DNA from: a virus
Lineage: Duplodnaviria > Caudoviricetes
Strand: one strand, 5' to 3'
DNA: 26,674 nucleotides
Virus record (IMG/VR): IMGVR_UViG_3300048598_000110
Coordinates: 1-26,674 of that record
A program made the position numbers and the translations under genes. The notes under the pieces are model-generated. The model searched no databases, was not told the DNA's origin, and was given only the letters and a program-made list of their open reading frames with translations. Every line of letters begins with the position of its first letter. Position 1 is the stretch's first letter. Positions 24,110 through 26,674 of this stretch are shown here, piece by piece.

Positions 24110-24163
24110 AAGAGCAAAGAGCCAGCGCCGGCCGGCAGTAAATCAGCACCACCGGCCGGCGCT
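24110..24163 (-). terminator. GC-rich intergenic hairpin, possible weak terminator or processing site
   Basis: Perfect 12-bp inverted repeat AGCGCCGGCCGG (24124-24135) / CCGGCCGGCGCT (24152-24163), 16-nt loop; minus-strand tail GGCTCTTTGCTCTT is only moderately U-rich. Confidence 0.55.
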
Positions 24164-24176
24164 ACGGGAGGGCCGG

Positions 24177-24620
24177 CTACGTCGCAGTCGCTTGTGGGGA
24201 CGCGTTGGAACCTCCCGATATCAATTCTGCGACCGGAGATATCGCGGCACCAGACGCCACAGCCCCGGCGTTAATCGCCTTGAGGATCTTTTCTCGCCAG
24301 GTCGCATCCTTTGCAAAGTGAGACAGCAGCTTCTCAAACAGGTCACGAAAGACATCGGGCAGGCCGTCGGTCTGGATCCGTTTCAACAGGGCTTCGACCG
24401 CCTCGACGAATCCCGAGTAGTCGCCGATAGCGTAGCAGCTCAGAGCGTGAGCGAGCTTCGAAAGACCCCAAGCACCGAACTCGTTGGCCAGGGCCGCAGC
24501 TTTGCGACGGCGAGATTCACGACGGTTGTAGATCCAGAGGGCGAAGAAGATTCCACACAGCGGGGCCAGGAAGCACGTGGCGTAAAGCCACACGTTGGGA
24601 TCGACTTGGGCGAAGATCAT
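24177..24620 (-). CDS. Membrane protein with N-terminal TM helix (147 aa)
   Basis: VWLYATCFLAPLCGIFFALWIY followed by basic NRRESRRRK; GGAAGG upstream. Confidence 0.7.
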   Translation of the reverse strand: MIFAQVDPNVWLYATCFLAPLCGIFFALWIYNRRESRRRKAAALANEFGAWGLSKLAHALSCYAIGDYSGFVEAVEALLKRIQTDGLPDVFRDLFEKLLSHFAKDATWREKILKAINAGAVASGAAISPVAELISGGSNASPQATAT

Positions 24621-24645
24621 AGAAAGCCTTCCGTGAATAGATATT

Positions 24646-25095
24646 TTAGGTTGGATCAGCCTTCGGGCTGTTGTAGAAACGTTCGTTGAGAATTCTGCGA
24701 TTGAAGTCTGCAGTCTCGCAGGAAACGATTGTTGGAGCGAATGGTTCCGCCAACTCGTGAATGTCCTGCAGACGTTTACGAGCCTCTACAAGCGACTGCA
24801 TGGTACCGGTGTAGCTATCGTCCCAGTCCTTGCACATCGCATTGAGTCTTTCGATTTCTGACTCAGCTTCTGCCAGCTTCGCATTGGCGGCTTCAATCTC
24901 GCTGGTCAGGCGAGCGTATGTCGCATCCGCAACCTTCATCGCCTTGACGTGTTCGGATTCCAGGTATTTCAGCTTCGCCTTGACTGCATCGCGTTCTCGT
25001 TCGACTGCCGCAATGGTGCGCGCATGCCCCTTGACGAGCAGGATGTCAGTAAGCATGCCAAGCAGAAACGCGACGACGACAGATACCCATCCCAT
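24646..25095 (-). CDS. N-terminal TM plus long coiled coil, i-spanin-like architecture (149 aa)
   Basis: WVSVVVAFLLGMLTDILLV followed by ~90 aa of heptad repeats; function inferred. Confidence 0.65.
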   Translation of the reverse strand: MGWVSVVVAFLLGMLTDILLVKGHARTIAAVERERDAVKAKLKYLESEHVKAMKVADATYARLTSEIEAANAKLAEAESEIERLNAMCKDWDDSYTGTMQSLVEARKRLQDIHELAEPFAPTIVSCETADFNRRILNERFYNSPKADPT

Positions 25096-25099
25096 GACT

Positions 25100-26101
25100 T
25101 CACCCCGTGTGATTCTGGGTAGCGAAGAACACCAGCCCGCCGACGGCCACGGCCGCCGCGAACAGCCCGACGATCACGGCCGGCATTGGCCCGTCTTCCT
25201 TCTTCGCCGGCTCGGGCTCTGGAGAACGTTGCTGTCCAGCCTGGATTTGCATATAAATCTGGTCCAGTCGCTGATTGGTCGGGCCAAGGTCGACCGGAGG
25301 AACAGCCGGAATTGGCAACGTCGGCCAGGGACCGACTTGAGGCTGAGGCTGTGGCTGTGGCTTGCGAATCGGACAGATGCCACCAGGACAACCGGACGAG
25401 CCGGAACAACCACTCGGGCCGCATTGCGATTTCTGCTCCGTCGCCTGGCCAAGGTTGCGATACAGGACTGGTAGCGAGGTAGCAATCCCTGTCGAGTCGT
25501 CCAGTGTACGAGCCCGGATCAGACCCACAATATGTGTACCATCCGCGTCGAATACAGCGGACCCACTACGTCCGTTCATAGGCGCCGGCGTAAACATCAA
25601 GTCGGTATTGCGATAGCCGAGCACGTGTCCTTTCCAACCCGTTGACCACGCCCCATTGGCACAGCCGACCGAAGTAATCGTATCGCCGGCCTTAATTACC
25701 GTCCCCTTAGAAGCCATCGGAATCACCACCGGCAGCCGCCCGCCAAACTGCGAAGATTCAACGGCCAGGATCGCCGCGTCCGTATCCGACTGTTCGACTC
25801 GTGCGACAACCACCCCTCGAAACGGCGATGACTGATGACCTTGCTGCCAGAATTCGCAAGCCACCTCCGAGTACTTGTCGACCACGTGAGCAGCCGTCAA
25901 CACGTACACCTGACCCTGGCTGATCTCAAACACGCAGCCGGATCCGCGGCTACCGTCCGGTGTAGTGATCCGACACGTGGCGTCGATACACTGCTCGACC
26001 GAGGCGTGAGCCACAGCCCCCAGCAGCAACGCCAGAAGCATGATCACCAATCCCATCACCAGAAACCAAACCGCCCTCACCCTCGACATATACGTGCTCA
26101 T
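25100..26101 (-). CDS. Exported, C-terminally membrane-anchored trypsin-like serine protease (333 aa)
   Basis: GGAGG before ATG 26101; signal peptide ending AHA/S; triad LTAAHVV, DTDAAIL, NGRSGSAVF; CGPSGCSGSSGCPGGICP and (PQ)4 linker; C-terminal TM AVIVGLFAAAVAVGGLVFFA. Confidence 0.9.
   Translation of the reverse strand: MSTYMSRVRAVWFLVMGLVIMLLALLLGAVAHASVEQCIDATCRITTPDGSRGSGCVFEISQGQVYVLTAAHVVDKYSEVACEFWQQGHQSSPFRGVVVARVEQSDTDAAILAVESSQFGGRLPVVIPMASKGTVIKAGDTITSVGCANGAWSTGWKGHVLGYRNTDLMFTPAPMNGRSGSAVFDADGTHIVGLIRARTLDDSTGIATSLPVLYRNLGQATEQKSQCGPSGCSGSSGCPGGICPIRKPQPQPQPQVGPWPTLPIPAVPPVDLGPTNQRLDQIYMQIQAGQQRSPEPEPAKKEDGPMPAVIVGLFAAAVAVGGLVFFATQNHTG
25338..25361. repeat. Hexamer tandem repeat TG(A/T)GGC x4 encoding the Pro-Gln linker
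   Basis: TGAGGC TGAGGC TGTGGC TGTGGC on the + strand. Confidence 0.85.
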
Positions 26102-26129
26102 CGTTCGGCCCTCCATCCCTGAATTGGTA

Positions 26130-26674
26130 TCACAACAAATGTGCTGCTCTCCGCCTGGCCATGGCTAGCGCCTTGTGAAGCCGCCTGTGTGCGGTAGTCG
26201 TTGACGTCCCGAGTCGTTCGCCGATCTCCTCAAGCGTCAACCCTTGCCAGTATCGCAGTCTGAGAACCTGGCGAGCCTTGGCCGGCAGTGCTCTTACGAT
26301 AGAGATTACCTGCTCATGCCTGATAAATTCCGCAAGCCTATCGCGTGGATCGATTCGCGGATCCTCGCCAGTTCGCATGTCATCGTTCGGGAGTAGGATT
26401 TTGGTAGAGGCTTCCACCGCACGCCGTTTCTGAACGAATTTTTTCAGGTACCTCAGAATCGAGTGGGCCGCGTAGTTGATCAGAGGCACACCATACCGAG
26501 AATCCCAGAGCTGACAGATTCTCGGGATTTTATCGACAACTACCCCCCAACACTCTTCGGCCAAGTCGAGCCGTTCGTCAGCCGATCGGATGCACAGCGA
26601 CCAGAAAAGCTTCTGGTGGTGCGTCAGGAGCCACCACGCCTTGTCTAAATTTTCTGCGGAGATTTCTCTACCGC
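26130..26674 (-). CDS. Sigma-70-family RNA polymerase sigma factor (regions 2 and 4), 5' end outside the window
   Basis: Frame stays open beyond the track start 26564 to the edge (...AWWLLTHHQKLFWSLCIRSADERLDLAEEC...). Region 2-like WDSRYGVPLINYAAHSILRYL; region 4 LPAKARQVLRLRYWQGLTLEEIGERLGTSTTTAHRRLHKAL. Confidence 0.88.
   Translation of the reverse strand, partial: GREISAENLDKAWWLLTHHQKLFWSLCIRSADERLDLAEECWGVVVDKIPRICQLWDSRYGVPLINYAAHSILRYLKKFVQKRRAVEASTKILLPNDDMRTGEDPRIDPRDRLAEFIRHEQVISIVRALPAKARQVLRLRYWQGLTLEEIGERLGTSTTTAHRRLHKALAMARRRAAHLL

Larger units (their letters stand above)
1..26674 (-). mobile_element. Tailed phage/prophage late (packaging, head, tail) operon, siphovirus-type, with Mu-like head/neck genes and a lambda-like capsid
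   Basis: Contiguous minus-strand terminase, portal, gpF, protease, capsid, tube, chaperone and tape measure genes. Many ATGA/GTGA/TGATG stop-start overlaps (823-826, 3985-3988, 4607-4610, 6753, 12572-12575, 18847-18850, 20205, 21485-21488, 21706, 23107-23110). No sheath gene. Prophage versus free phage cannot be decided here. Confidence 0.96.

Noticed and set aside
1-26674. CRISPR array, tRNA/rRNA, DGR template/variable repeats, integrase/att site, IS element
   Set aside because: No regularly spaced repeats, cloverleaf, long near-identical repeat pair, reverse transcriptase, recombinase or transposase seen by eye; intergenic gaps are all short.

Overview
The whole window is one minus-strand, tightly coupled late operon of a tailed (siphovirus-type) phage or prophage; no host genes, integrase or genome ends are visible. 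In transcription order (high to low coordinates): sigma-70-family factor (5' end outside the window), membrane-anchored trypsin-like protease, three small membrane proteins, terminase small subunit, HNH nuclease, GH130-like beta-propeller, Cys-rich protein, terminase large subunit, Mu gp29-type portal, a ~6.4 kb accessory block (papain-like C1 peptidase, two large Gly-rich fibre-like proteins, small ORFs), Mu gp36-like adaptor with an extra N-terminal domain, gpF-like protein, Mu-type protease with nested scaffold, lambda gpD/gpE-like decoration and capsid proteins, a terminator, a Mu gpG-like gene split in two by a permuted NlpC/P60 peptidase gene, tail terminator, a tail tube with two tandem tube domains, a tail chaperone with a -1 frameshift, tape measure and two tail-tip genes. 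A Planctomycetota/PVC host is my inference from protein style and is unverified. Main candidates for novelty: the split gpG gene, a possible protease-based lysis cassette in the lambdoid lysis slot with no recognisable endolysin, the head-module fibre block, and the duplicated tube. All family calls are from motif recognition by eye; no database searches were run.
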